Both the position numbers and the translations under genes were made by a program. The notes under the pieces were generated by a model. It did no database searches, had not been told where the DNA came from, and saw nothing but the letters and a program-made list of their open reading frames with translations. Below are positions 40,574 through 53,069 of a stretch of DNA of 64,000 bases, one piece after another. Source of the stretch: the human T2T-CHM13v2.0 reference genome, Homo sapiens; the NCBI RefSeq assembly GCF_009914755.1, contig NC_060947.1. One strand, written 5' to 3'. The number at the start of each line of letters is the position of its first letter. Position 1 is the first letter of the stretch.

Positions 40574-43019
40574 TCTCCACCTGGGCCCACCCTCGACACA
40601 TGGGGATTATTACAATTCAAGGTGAGATTTAGGTGGAGACACAGCCAAACCATATCACATAAGTTCTTTGAAGACCCTGTCTGGGAAATAATTTGGGGTG
40701 CTGTATTGTTCTCCAGAATGACAGTAATTTACCTTTTCATCAGCAGTGCCTGAAGGCTTCTATATTTACATATTTCTGCCAATAATTGGCATTATACTGC
40801 TATCTGATTTTAACCAGGTTAATAGGTAAAGCAATGTGTCTGCAATTTTGTGTTCTCTGCTTACTACAGAGATTTTTTTTAATTCTGAGATTTTGATTAA
40901 GATAGAAATGTATAGATTGAGGTTTGATTAGTCAGTATTGTCCCATACCACAAAGTCTTCAAGATATGAAAACTGAGACAAGGATATTGGTTTTGAAAAT
41001 TAACAGGACATTATAATAAGTAATTTCAATTGTGTAGTGAGAAATTAATCCAGCTTTCAATATTGAATGCTGAAAAAAACTTAGCTAGTAAGATTCTTAA
41101 AAGTTACATAATAAAGGTATAGTAGCCTCAGATAAATGACATAGTCACATAATATTCAATGATGAGAATGCCCACGTGCAGTACAAATAAAGGAAAATAC
41201 ACATCTTAAAAGGATCAAAATTTATCAATGTTTAATGTGTTAAGAGGGAGAAAATGGACACAAAATACAATCTTAGAAAAGGTAGGAAAAATAAAGGGAA
41301 AATATGAGGAGAAATGAAAGTGCTAATTGGTGGAAACACCTTGCTATTTGGATAGGTCAGTCAACGACAAAGCCCTAACAGCTGGTAACCATTTGAAATA
41401 AAATAGGCATTGCTTATTGGGATAAATACTGTGAATTAGATGCATTGAATTCATTTTCAGCCTGGATCCAAAGCTTTAGAAAATATTAAATTTATATTCC
41501 AAAATTATATCTGAATAAAATCAAAGCATTATATCAAGTGGACAAATAAATTGTTTTAATGTGTCTAATATTTGTATTAGCAGACTCACCACTGAAACTC
41601 TCCAATATGTAGTCTGGCCTTTTCTGGTCAAGGTCATGTGGAAGGCAGAAAAACATCATTAGTACAACCAAATAAGTTTTTGCCATTTCTATGTCATTTA
41701 GATCTTCTCAATGATAAATTCCTATAGATCCTTGAGAGTCTTACACAATATTTATAAGAAAGGGTTTGGCACTGTCTACTGAAATGAACGTTTCCCATTT
41801 TAAGTACTCTTGAATTCAGTTAGATTTTTAATAAACATTTTGTGATCATTTTCTAAAACATAAACATTACCAGTTTTACAGATATCATAACTAGTAAGTC
41901 ATATTATTCACTGTTCTAAACTTTACATTTCAGTGTAAATATCATGAGAGTGAAAATGAATGTCTTCTAGGAAAAAATTCAGGGCTTCTCAGTGTACTCC
42001 TTTTTTTAAACTTGCTTTTAAACTAAGTTTAATATTACAAATGGAATAAAATACTAATAGGCTGGTTTAGTTTATAAAGTCTATATTCCAGCTCCAAAAT
42101 CAACATTGGTTAATGATAGAAGACTTGGAAATTATTAATTGCAGCATGACTATTTCAGGTAGCACAATCAGTTTTCCAAGATTCCTTTTCATCATTATCA
42201 AAAGTCTGTGCATAGGTTTCTTACAATCATAGAATCACAAAAAAATTTAGACTGGCTAACATTGCTCCAAAACAATCTGTAGGACATGCTAATTGGATAT
42301 CTTCATGTGTCTGTTCTAACTGCACAGAAAAATTTTTAAAAATTGAGATTATTTTAAAGAATTATAATTTTAGTCACCTGGATTAATCATTCTAAGACTA
42401 CTTGGCTTAACTATTGCATTTATATAAATAAAATATTGTTTCTTACATCTCAATGACTATAATTTTTATTTACAGAATCTCTAATTGTATTTTTGACAAC
42501 CATCTGTTTTTGTCTCCCTTCTGCCAGCTTTTATTTAATAATTTCTTACTAGTTTATACAGACTTTTTCTTCACCTTACCTCTTTGAAGATCAAACATTT
42601 TGAATATAAGGTCACTGTTAGATGGCCATGTAATCTTCAGTTTCTTTTAAGTGAATATATTTCCCAGTTGTTGATACATCTGTTGTCCTTCATTGTGGTA
42701 ATTTTTCTTATATGCTTTGTAATTTTTGTTTGCAGGCTGATCTAGACTGTGATTTATTTTGTTTCTTGTTCCACCCTCAGTCTCTACTCACCCCACTGCC
42801 ACCACCACTAACAACCTCATATGTCTATATGTAGCAACTTTGTGGGAGTTGCAACCTAGTTCTCAGTCTGGAATGCAGGTTCAACACTCCTTACTACAAT
42901 TATGATGGTGTATCAGAGCTTTGTATAAGACATTGCACCAAGTAGCAGCGAGTTGTTGCTTTTCTCAACCTTTTCTTATGGGAAATGGGCAATCTCACCC
43001 ATTTGTTTCAAGCAGAGAA

Positions 43020-43469
43020 ATCGAATATACAAACAGACAATGGTCAGACCATATATGACAATAGAATTCTGATGCACAGCCACTGCAGCAATCATCCTGA
43101 GAAGCCACACCGCCAACTCTTTAGCAATTGACCCCAAACAGAATGGACTTGGTCAATGACTGCCCACTTCTCCAATTTTTGTCCCTACTGCTTGCTCAGG
43201 ACCAGGAAAGCCAAGCCTGCCTCCACCAACTGATCATATGGGATACTCCACTTCTAGATAGTCTGCTTCTGGCTTCCCATATGCCAACAACCTCCAATCA
43301 GAGCATCCTGAAACCTTCTCCTTCATTCACTCTAAAACTTTCTCACTGCTTTGCCTGCTTTTGAATCTCTGCCAAACACAAATGATGGTGGCTAACTCCT
43401 TTGCAGAGCAAGCTCTGAATAAATATCCTTTGCTTATTCTCATTTGTGTGGTCTTTATTTATTTCTACA
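43020..43469 (+). mobile_element. ERV1 solo LTR, MER90-like
   Basis: agacaatggtcagaccatatatgacaatagaa; ggacttggtcaatgactgcc; ccaatcagagca; gaataaa; ends ctaca. Confidence 0.75.
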
Positions 43470-44569
43470 AAGCAGTGGATCTTTGTTTCTCCACATCAAA
43501 TGGAACACTTTTAATTTAATTACTCTTACACTAAGGGAACACAAATTCTGTACATCCCAGCTTGTTTCAAGATTCTGATGCTTGATTTCAGCTTTATTTC
43601 AGGGAGACATGTATCATATTTCTGAGCAGAGCCTCTTTTTTTTAAATTTTATCTAACATAGCTTTGTGTCTGAAATAGAGGACTTCAAAACATGAACATG
43701 TGATGTCATCTTAAATATAAGTTTCACCTTTTGCTCCATAACATTTTTTGCATCTGACTGTGATAAGCAATAGGCAGATAGTTCCCGTTTGTATGACGGA
43801 CACATGGATAATAATCATTATTATATTAATGAAGGCACATGATGCTGACATATTGTTAATAACTATTACATTGATGATACTTGCCATTAATGGCTAATAG
43901 TGTGTATTCAATGGCCACCTTAATAAGATGGTTTGTCTTTCTGCCAATTGATCAAAAAACAGTTGAAATACGGAGCTGTGAATAATCAATGCAAAATAAT
44001 GTGTAAGAGTCGATGTACAACTTACTTGCAATTAATTTTTATCACAAAACCTGACTGAAGGATAGTTTCAATACAAAAGGATTTATATAAGAACTTCAAA
44101 GCAAAAAGGAAGGCAGAATATTCTGACATTGAAAGACACCAATGGGAATATTAAGCCTCCATTTAATTCCCAGAAAATATTAATAAAATATATCATAACA
44201 TTCTAAACACTACACTCTTCTACAATAATATTAGCTAAATCTGCAAGGAATAATGTGTGCTTGTATGTGTGCATATATGAGTGTCTGTGCATGTGTATGT
44301 ATAAAGAAGGTGAGATAGATGGGGGAGAAAAAACACCAACGGACAAAACTGTTAAAATATAGATCTAGCACACATGGATGCCTTCACTTGCAGATTTCTC
44401 ACTGAGATTCATCCCACTACAAAAGCGAGCAATTGTTTGATGTAACAATTATTTTTCCCACCAGTTTAGTGAAGCCTGAAAATCACAATGAGACATGAAT
44501 TCCTACGTCCTAAAATTTTTTCACTGTTAAAATGAAAGCCCCAGGAAATTGGATCACTGTGATGGCAGT

Positions 44570-44995
44570 GAAAAGACCTTAGGCAATTTACTTAACCTCT
44601 CTGAGCCTCAGTTTCCTAAATGATAAAATAGAAATAATGCTAGCTGCATCATAAGGTTATGAGGGTTAAATGAGATAATGTGTTTATATGTGTGTGTGTA
44701 TGTATATATATACACACATATATATAAGTGTGTATGTGTATATATATATACACATATATATAAGTGTGTGTGTATATATATGGTGGCTAACTCCTTTGCA
44801 CAGCAAGCTGTGCAATGTATATATATATGTGTGTGTATGTATATATATACACACATATATACACACACATGCATATGTAAGTGTGTATATATATACACAC
44901 ACACAAACTTATATGTATATACACACACACACTTATATATATGACATATGTATCAGGGTACATGCACAGTACATGCTCAGTAAATGGTAACTTGA
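44570..44995 (+). mobile_element. MIR split by a complex microsatellite
   Basis: acttaacctctctgagcctcagtttcct core; tail gcacagtacatgctcagtaaatggtaa. Confidence 0.8.
44678..44945. repeat. Complex (TA)n/(TG)n/(CA)n microsatellite with a non-repeat insert
   Basis: Directly visible; insert at 44780-44816. Confidence 0.95.
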
Positions 44996-45707
44996 GATGG
45001 TAGGATTTTGCTCAACTATTTGTCCTTTTCAAGTATCTTCAAATGTACAAATAAGCCTGGCATTTAGCATACAACAAGCTTTTAACCTGTTCTCACCACC
45101 TTCTCTAAACTGTTATCAACCTCTTATTGTGTATGAGTTCACCAAATATTTTTCTGAGAACCTGTTTTGATAAAGGAAGAAGATCAGAAGAACATTAACT
45201 GTCTTCCGGGGAGAAGGAGAGCCATCACTAGTGGTAGAAGAGGGACTGACAGAAAGGCTGGGGGAGATAAATGTTACACGCACTTGCCAAGTTTATCTTT
45301 TAACATAGAAAAACTTCAGATTTCTATTTTTCTTTTCATATAACTATTATCTAATTAGATTACTAACTTTATATTTTCGGTGTGATGTATCCAAGATAAC
45401 TGTCATCTTCATCATAAAGGTGGTTAGCTAGCATATGATGTACCCTAATCAAGAATCCATCTCCAGGGGAGGGTATTAAGCATCTTCAATGTAGATATAA
45501 AAAGATACACCCTGAAGGTGTGTTAATCAGCATGAGAGATGTTAAAAATGAATTTTTTCATTGGTGAAATAAATGATGTTCAAGATATATAATTGAAATA
45601 TTGCTTAGGTCTCGTTGTTCTTGTATGAACAAGGCTCAAAAGTCTGGCAAACCCCATAACCTAACACTTTTAACGCAGTCCTTAAAGTCTCAAGTCCCAT
45701 TGGTTCT

Positions 45708-46058
45708 TGTATTAGTCTGTTTTCACACTGCTATAAAATGGTCCCTGAGACTTCGTAATTTACAAACAAAGGAGGTTTAACTGACTCACAGTTCTGCAGG
45801 GCCGGGGAGGCCTCAGGGAACTTACAATCAAGGCAGAAGGCAAATGGAAAGCAGAGCACATCTTACCTGGTATCAGGGCGGGATGAGTGCCAAACACTTT
45901 TAAACCATCAGATCTTATGAGAACTCACTCATTATCATGAGGACAGCATGGGGGAACCCATTCCCACAACCAATCACCTCCCACCAGGTCCCTCCCTTGA
46001 TATGTGGGGATTAAAATTAGAGATGAGATTTGGGGGGACACAGAGCCAAATAATATCA
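45708..46058 (-). mobile_element. THE1D/MSTA-type solo LTR
   Basis: tgtattagtctgttttcacactgctata...gacacagagccaaataatatca. Confidence 0.9.
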
Positions 46059-47870
46059 CTTGTGTATAACTTTGTTTCATGGAAGACTCTCTTCCCTGAA
46101 CTATCTACAAAGCTGGATGATCCAGCACCAAGTACTAGCCAGAGGAACTAAAGAAAGAGAGTGGGTTTACTCCTGAACTACAAGAACAGATAGTATGATT
46201 GTGTCTGCCTGCTTTTGTTAACAAGTGTATCGATGGCAAAATCAGATCTAAGATTGGTTTTTATATCACCTAATAGAAAGATCTTGGGTGAAGCAACCAT
46301 ATAAAGCACCAACTGCCTCTGATTTACAAAGGCTATTAGAAAATGACAAAAGAACCAAACACTTGCTGAATGGATAAATTAGGTCAGTTTCTAAAACCTG
46401 GTGCAAACGAGTGCGTGGAATTTGTGGTATTTACCTAGGGTTAGAGCAAAAGGAGGAAACAGATCACTTTCCATAAGAGAAAAAAATTGTAAGTTATTAA
46501 GGTACTATGATATTGTTGTCATTTTTAAGTGTTCATGTTTTGTAAAGGAGGAAATAAAGAATCCTGGATAATATTTCTAAGTAAGTCTATAGTAGTGCAT
46601 TGGAAAAAAAAGGGGGGGAACAAGAGTGGGGATCAGAAAACCAACTTAACATAGGAGACAATTATAACCGTCCTTCTGAAGGATTTGGCTTGGCTTTAAG
46701 ATTTTAAGAAGTTGGACGTAAACTTCCAAGTTTACTGTTCAAGTTACTAATCATAGGAAATAATTTGCCAAAACAATATAAAGAGATCAGAATTGGTGGT
46801 TTAATATACACCAAACATATAGACACCATTATATTAACAAAAATAAAATTAGGTTAGAAAATCTCCTTACAATGAAAGACTTGGAACATATTTTAAAAGT
46901 CTAGAGTCCCCTTCAAAGATGGAGAAGTCTTCTCTAGCTCTCCCATGAAATGAATATTTACATCCTAGTGAAAGAGCTGTCTCAAAACTACTAACAGATT
47001 TAGTGCAAATGAGAGAAATTATTCCTAAAGCCAAAGATAAAGCTAGCCATGAATAGATGGGATTACTAATATACTTAACACCCCACGGGAACTAAAGTAG
47101 AGTTTATAATTCAGTAATTGACTTTAATAAGGGAAATGAAATTCATATCACTTTTCACCAAGATGATTTCTCTAACATATGAAGGATCACAGAGACCAGG
47201 AAAGGGCAGTGGTAGATGTTCTGCATTTAGTAGGCTAATGCTCATGTGAAAGTAGGCTTACTTTAGCCATTCACTGATAGAAATGGGGCAGAAAATCCTC
47301 TAGAAGAGTGCAGACAGTCAGACGAGGTAGTTAAGCCAGTACCAAGAAAACAACCTTAGATTCCAGAGGTAGTACCTACTGAGGCAATCCTAAGAGGCAG
47401 TAAAGTTTGGTGATAAGGCCTCTGAAGGCAAAATAAACCAAGCTGAGCTTGTTTCTAAAGATTTTTTAGGGAAGAAGCCCACTACAATTAAAGTTGGTAA
47501 GAGATCCACAAAGGTATTCTGAGATTGAGGTGGTCCCTGATTATCTTGCAGGATTTAATGAAGGAATTAATATGAATTGGCAGTGGCTCCCAAGTGATGA
47601 TTGCTTTAGGAAATACAGAATTGTTTAAAAGTTTGAGTAATATAGACACGCTTGTTTTGAAAACTAAAACTAAACTGGAAATATTCTGTTGATTGAGCAG
47701 GAAAATTGAACTGGTAGTAGCCAAAACCTCAGAAGAAATCATTGAAATTGATAGATTGGGGTGGAAAAGGCATTTTGAATTTGATAAACAAGTTAAATAT
47801 TTTTATGATTACTGTCAGAAGAATAAATAGCAACATGTCAAACTGCCTGACGGAAAGTATGTATTTAACA

Positions 47871-48545
47871 CAATGACTATGGAAAACAGTATGAAAGCTC
47901 CTCAAAAAATTAAAAATATAATTACCATATGATCCCCAAATCCCACTTTTGGGTATATATTTAGAAGAATTGAAAGGAAATATCTCAAAGATCTATTGTC
48001 CAGCCAGGCTCATAGCAGCGATATTCACAACAGCTAAACTGTAAAAGCAACCGAAGGGTTCATGGACATGTAAACAGAGAAAATGTGGCATATACATACA
48101 ATGAAATATTATTCGGTCTTAAAAAGGATATAAATTTTTATACATGATACAATATAGATGAACCTTGAGGACATTATGCTTAGTGAAATAAGACTGTCAC
48201 AAAAAGAGAAATATTTCTCATGATTCCACTTACATGAGATATCTGGAGTAGTATAATTTATAGAAGTGAAAACCTAGAAAGGTGGTTACCAGGGGCTGTG
48301 GAAAAGGGAAATGGAGCGTTGTTGTTTCATGGTTACAGAGTTTCAGTTTTGCAAGATGAAAAACTTCTGGATGTTGCTTTCATAACAATGTGAATACACT
48401 ACTGAACTGTACACATAAAAATGGTTAAAATGATAAATGTTATGATGTGTGTTTTCACCGCTATTTTAAAAACTTAAGGAGTAATTGATAACTGAACATT
48501 TGTGTACCTACCATGTAAATCAAGAAATAAAACATTACCAGAAAA
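47871..48545 (+). mobile_element. L1MB-type 3' end inserted in the ERV pol
   Basis: L1 3' end text; 17-bp degenerate TSD aaagtat(g/a)tatttaa(c/t)a at 47854-47870 and 48546-48562. Confidence 0.85.
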
Positions 48546-49574
48546 AAAGTATATATTTAATATTCACAGAAAGCAAACTGGGGTAAAACAAGCTGAAACC
48601 TCCTCAAAGTATCTGAAAGATATAGGGGTAATTTAAAAGTCTATATATCCACTTAATTCTCAGAGATAATGGTGCAAAAAAAGCCTTACATCAATTATTA
48701 CTTGTTATAGCAGTGGGTATACTGACTACATTGTCCAAATAACTAATGAATTAATTAAAGCCCCTGAAAAATATTTAGTTGTAATTGACTTCCCTATTAT
48801 GTTTTTCAATGTATCAACTGAAAAGGAAGGTAAATTAATTAATTTACCTTAATATTAATTAATTTAATTAATTACTAAACTAAATATATGATCTAGTGGA
48901 TTGTCATTATTACTATACTCTGCTTGACAATTATTATAAATCAGTGTAGACTGATGTTGCCTCCCTCTTCTGCGTTCCTCCCTGTAAAATACTTGGTTTT
49001 TAAAGATGATATAATCTTTCCCAATTTTTTTTTTTTTTTTACAGTGTGCTGCTGTAGACTTAGCAATATCCTCCAGGAGTCTTTCTTTCCTCCTCAGGGG
49101 CTGGGGGAAATGCAAATGGAGAATTGTTTTTTTATGGGTATATAAGTTTCTACTTTTTTGTTTTTATGAATTTTACTACTCTAGATATCTCATATAAGTG
49201 GAATCACATAATATTTGTCTTTTTGTGACAGGCTTATTTTACTTAGCATAATGTCCTCAAGGTTTATCTTTATCAAGGTTTACATCCTCAGGTTTACCTT
49301 CCTGCCATCATTTGCCAAGGAATGCAGTATACATTTGTCTTCCTTCAGTAAGGTTATATCATCTTTAAAACCTAAATATTTTATAGGGAAGAGGGGAAAG
49401 GAGGGAGGCAACATCAGTCTACACTAGTTTAAAATAGTTTTCGAGAAGAGTATAGTATTAGTGGCAATCCACTAAACCATATACTTAGTTTAGACACGTA
49501 AATCACCAAACTTCAGGAATTCTGCATCTTAGTGTCTGGAAATGGTCCCTGCAGAGTCATGAAAGGACCAGCTG

Positions 49575-50140
49575 TGTATCAGTCAGGACTTAACTGCAGA
49601 TAACAGAAATCTCTCTTGTTATTACAGACAAATAAAAGTGTTCACTGCAGGAATTAAGTATTTGTGAAATTGTAGAAGGGTCAAAGGACCAACCTCCAGT
49701 CTGAGCTTTGGATTAATTACCAGAACACCACCAGAGAACAAACTTGTCGAGGAAACTGCTCTCGCGCTCTCAGTCAGGAAGATGAAGAGTCAAGAAGCTG
49801 CCATATGGGGCCACTGTCTGAACTTCTGGATCCAGGTGCGCACTATGATCCAAGGAGCTGAAAGCTGTTGCTGTACCACTACCTGTAGTTGTAATTTGAA
49901 GATTATGGCGGCTCCAGAGCCATGCTACATCTACCGGATGTACACCAGCAAAAACGATGCATCATTGACTGCAGCTTCTCATCTTCCACTTAATTTCTAA
50001 ATAAGATCTAATCTGCAAAACCTAAACCTCTTCAGAAACAAGGGAGTCTATGAAGTATAATTTCTGGCTTTTCAGCTTCTATGGGGTAGGAAGGAGGTTA
50101 GGATAAACGTTGGATGAACCCAACTGTGGTTTCCTCCAGA
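49575..50140 (-). mobile_element. ERVL LTR (LTR33/LTR41-like)
   Basis: tgtatcagtcaggacttaactgcagataacagaaa; caagggagtctatgaagtataatttctggcttttcagc. Confidence 0.65.
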
Positions 50141-50204
50141 ATTCAGAAAGATTTCAGTGCAAGAAATTACAAGGGGCAAAGACTACTTACAACCCCCTAG
50201 AAAA

Positions 50205-51590
50205 TAAAATACAGATGCATAGACAAATGGAACAGAACAGAGAATGCAGAAATAATGACACACACCTACCAACATCTGATCTTGGATAAAGTTGATTAAA
50301 AACAAGCAACGCTGAAAGGACTTGCTATTCCATAAATAGTGCTGGGATAACTGGCTAGCCATATGCAGAAGATTGAAACTGGACCCCTACCTCTCACCAT
50401 ACACAAAAATTAAATCTAGATAGATTAAAGACTTAAATGTAAGACCTAAAACTATAAATTCTAGAAGAAAACCTAGGAAATACACTTCCAGACTTGGTCC
50501 TAGTCAAGTAATTAATGATGAAGACCCGAAAAGCAATTGCACAAAATCAAAAAATAGACAAATGTGATTTAATTAAACTAAAGAGCTTCTGCACAGCAAG
50601 AAAAATACTCAACAGATTAAAAAGAGAGCCTAACAGAAACAGAACCACCCATTCAACAGAATTTGCAAACTATGCATCTGAAAAAGGACCAATACCCACA
50701 ACTCCAAGGAATTTAAACTAATCAATAAGAAAAGCACAAACAACCCTATTAAAAAGAGGGCAAATGACATAAACAAACACTTCCCCAAAAAGACATACAA
50801 GTGGCCAAGAAACATAAAAAACAATGCTCAATAACACTAATCATCTGAGAGACCCGAATCAAAACCAATATGAGACACCATCTCACTCCAGTGATAATGG
50901 CTGTTATTAAAAAGTCCAAAAAAATTTTTGGTGAGGTTGCAGAGTAAAGGGAACACCTATACACTGTTGGTAGGAATGTAAATTAATTCGGCCCCTGCAG
51001 AAAGCAGTTTGGAGATTTCTCAAATAAAAACACGCCTACCATTCAACTGAGCAATCCTACTACTGGGTGTATATTCAAAGGAAAATAAATCATTCCACCA
51101 AAAAGACACACGCACTCACATGTTCATCATGGCACTATTCACAATCACAAACACATGGAATCCACCTAGGTGCCCATCAACAGTGGATTGGATAAATAAA
51201 GTGTAGTCCATATACACCATGGAATACTATACAGCCATAAAAAGAATGAAATCATGTCCTCCGAAGCAACATGGATGGAGCTGGAGGCCATTATCCTGAG
51301 CAAATTAATGCAGAAACAGAAAACCAAATATCACATGTTCTCACTTATAATTGGGTACTAAATCTTGGATTCACATGGACATAAAAATAGAAGCAACAGG
51401 CGTTGGGGACTCCAAGAGAAGGGAGGGAGGGAGGGGAGCTAGGGCTGAAAAACTTCCTATTGGGTGCCATGTTCACTATCTGGGTTATGGGATCAATACA
51501 AGTCCACACTCCCCCATCACACAATATACACTTGTAACAAACCTGCACACGTATCCCCTCAATTAAAAATTATTTTTCTAAAAAAATGAA
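50205..51590 (+). mobile_element. L1PA15/16-like ORF2 3' end and 3'UTR
   Basis: IDKCDLIKLKSFCTA; agggctgaaaaacttcctattgggt; tgtaacaaacctgcaca. Confidence 0.9.
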
Positions 51591-51799
51591 AAGCATTTCT
51601 CTGCCTGTTAAGACACTTGTAGATGCCATGATTGAGTGTTTATTCTATTGTAATATTTTCCCTCTGTCTACTGCAATAGTCATTCTCTCCTATTACAATT
51701 GTCCCTTCCCCCTTATTGCAATAATCTTTTCAAATAACGTCCTTAAATTCCAAACAATTTTTTGTTAATTTGACAACTGTTAAAATATTCTCTGCCGCT

Positions 51800-53058
51800 G
51801 GAACAGAGAGAACTTGTGCCACTTGCCCAGCTGGATTTCAGAACTGCTATGAACCAATGACTGCTAAGTATTTCCTGCACCCCATCCCATCCCCTTCTGG
51901 AAGGACAGTATTTATTGCAGTTATAACCCTGTCTTGCCATTGTATGTTGGGTGTGGAAGGAAGGTAATATGTTTTAGTTCACAGACTTCCAGAGTTGAGC
52001 AACTGCAACCAAGGAGCTTCATTTGCATCTGGACCTGATTGATATGAGATTCTGAACTCAAACTGAAGCCCAATGCCTTCATGGAATAAGACTTCAGCGC
52101 TTTGACGGGGGCGGGGGTGGGGTTACATGTATTCTGCATGCAAGAGAGACATGAACCATAAAGTGTCAGATGGCAAACTATGGTAGACTATTACACTGGT
52201 GGCCTCCTATCAACTGTACCCTTTTCTAGCCCCCTCCCACACTGACTCTGGGCTTGGTCATGTGACTTGCTTTGGCTAATGGGCAACGTGTTTGTTTCTT
52301 AAGACGAATGTAAAAGAGTGCCACAAACAAGTTGGCTTAAAACAGAAATGTATTATCTCTTAGCTCTAGAGGCTAAGGTGTCAGCATGGTCACGCTCCCT
52401 TTTAAGGCTCCAAGGGAGTGTTCTTTCTTGCCTATTCTTAGCTTCTGGTGGCTCTTGGCAACCGTTGACATTCATTGGTTTATAGCTGCATCACTCTAAT
52501 CTCTGTCTCCACATGGCCTTTTTTCTATGTCTCTGTGTCTGTCTCTCCCTATTAGGACACCAGTCATTTGAGTAAGGGCCTACTCTAATCCAATATGACC
52601 TCATATTAACTTGATTGCATCAGCAAATACACTGTTTCCCAATAAGGTCATATTCATAGGTTCCAGGTGAACATTAATTTTGGGGAAACGTTATTCAAAC
52701 TGGTACAGGAGGGTAACAAGCATAATGCAAGTAGTGTCTTGCTATCTGGAGCAAGAAGCATGTGAAAAAGCCCTGGGAGGTGAGATATCATATAAAGAGA
52801 GGGGCCACTTAGTAGAAAAACTAGGGCACTTCAGCCAACAGTAAACAGCAAGACTACAGGTATGTGAAAAAAATCTTCTTGGAGCTTCCAAGCCTGGCCT
52901 AGCCACCAGCTAAAAACAGCCGAATGAGAAACCCCAGTTGACACTATGTGGAGATCAGAACTGCCCAGTGAGCACATAGAATGATAAGAAATAGTAAATA
53001 GTTGTTGTTTTACACCACGGAGTTTTAATGTACCTTAAACAGTAACAGATAACTAAAA
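51800..53058 (+). mobile_element. MLT1(H-like) internal 3' end plus LTR (LTR from ~52179)
   Basis: gctggatttcagaactgctatg internal; gggcttggtcatgtgacttgctttggctaatggg LTR; ends cagataactaaaa. Confidence 0.7.
52289..52707 (-). mobile_element. MLT1B/C LTR nested in MLT1H
   Basis: ggcttaaaacagaaatgtatt...ccaatatgacctcat...tttcccaataaggtcatattc. Confidence 0.8.
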
Positions 53059-53069
53059 TTGTGGACAAC

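Larger units (their letters stand above)
38407..40657 (-). mobile_element. Full-length THE1C-type MaLR (3' LTR 38407-38763, internal, 5' LTR 40301-40657)
   Basis: Two LTRs, THE1 internal region, perfect TSD CATAA at 38402-38406 and 40658-40662; host is an old antisense L1. Confidence 0.95.
45430..49020 (+). mobile_element. Ancient class III (ERV-L/S-like) provirus internal region: decayed gag, protease, RT
   Basis: Manual translation: IGSGSQVMIALGN (47576), IIEIDRLG, LKDIGVI*KSIYPLNS (48613), KYLVVIDFPIMFFNV (48769), FKDDII (48999). The gag assignment is positional. Confidence 0.75.

Noticed and set aside
44608-44990. Overlapping ORFs rich in Y/I/H/T/C/V
   Set aside because: Translation artefacts of the TA/TG/CA microsatellite.
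45480-46500. Possible endogenous bornavirus/parvovirus element (HPEGVLISMRDVKN faintly recalls a bornavirus N motif)
   Set aside because: No sustained similarity; downstream protease and RT motifs make a retroviral gag the simpler explanation.
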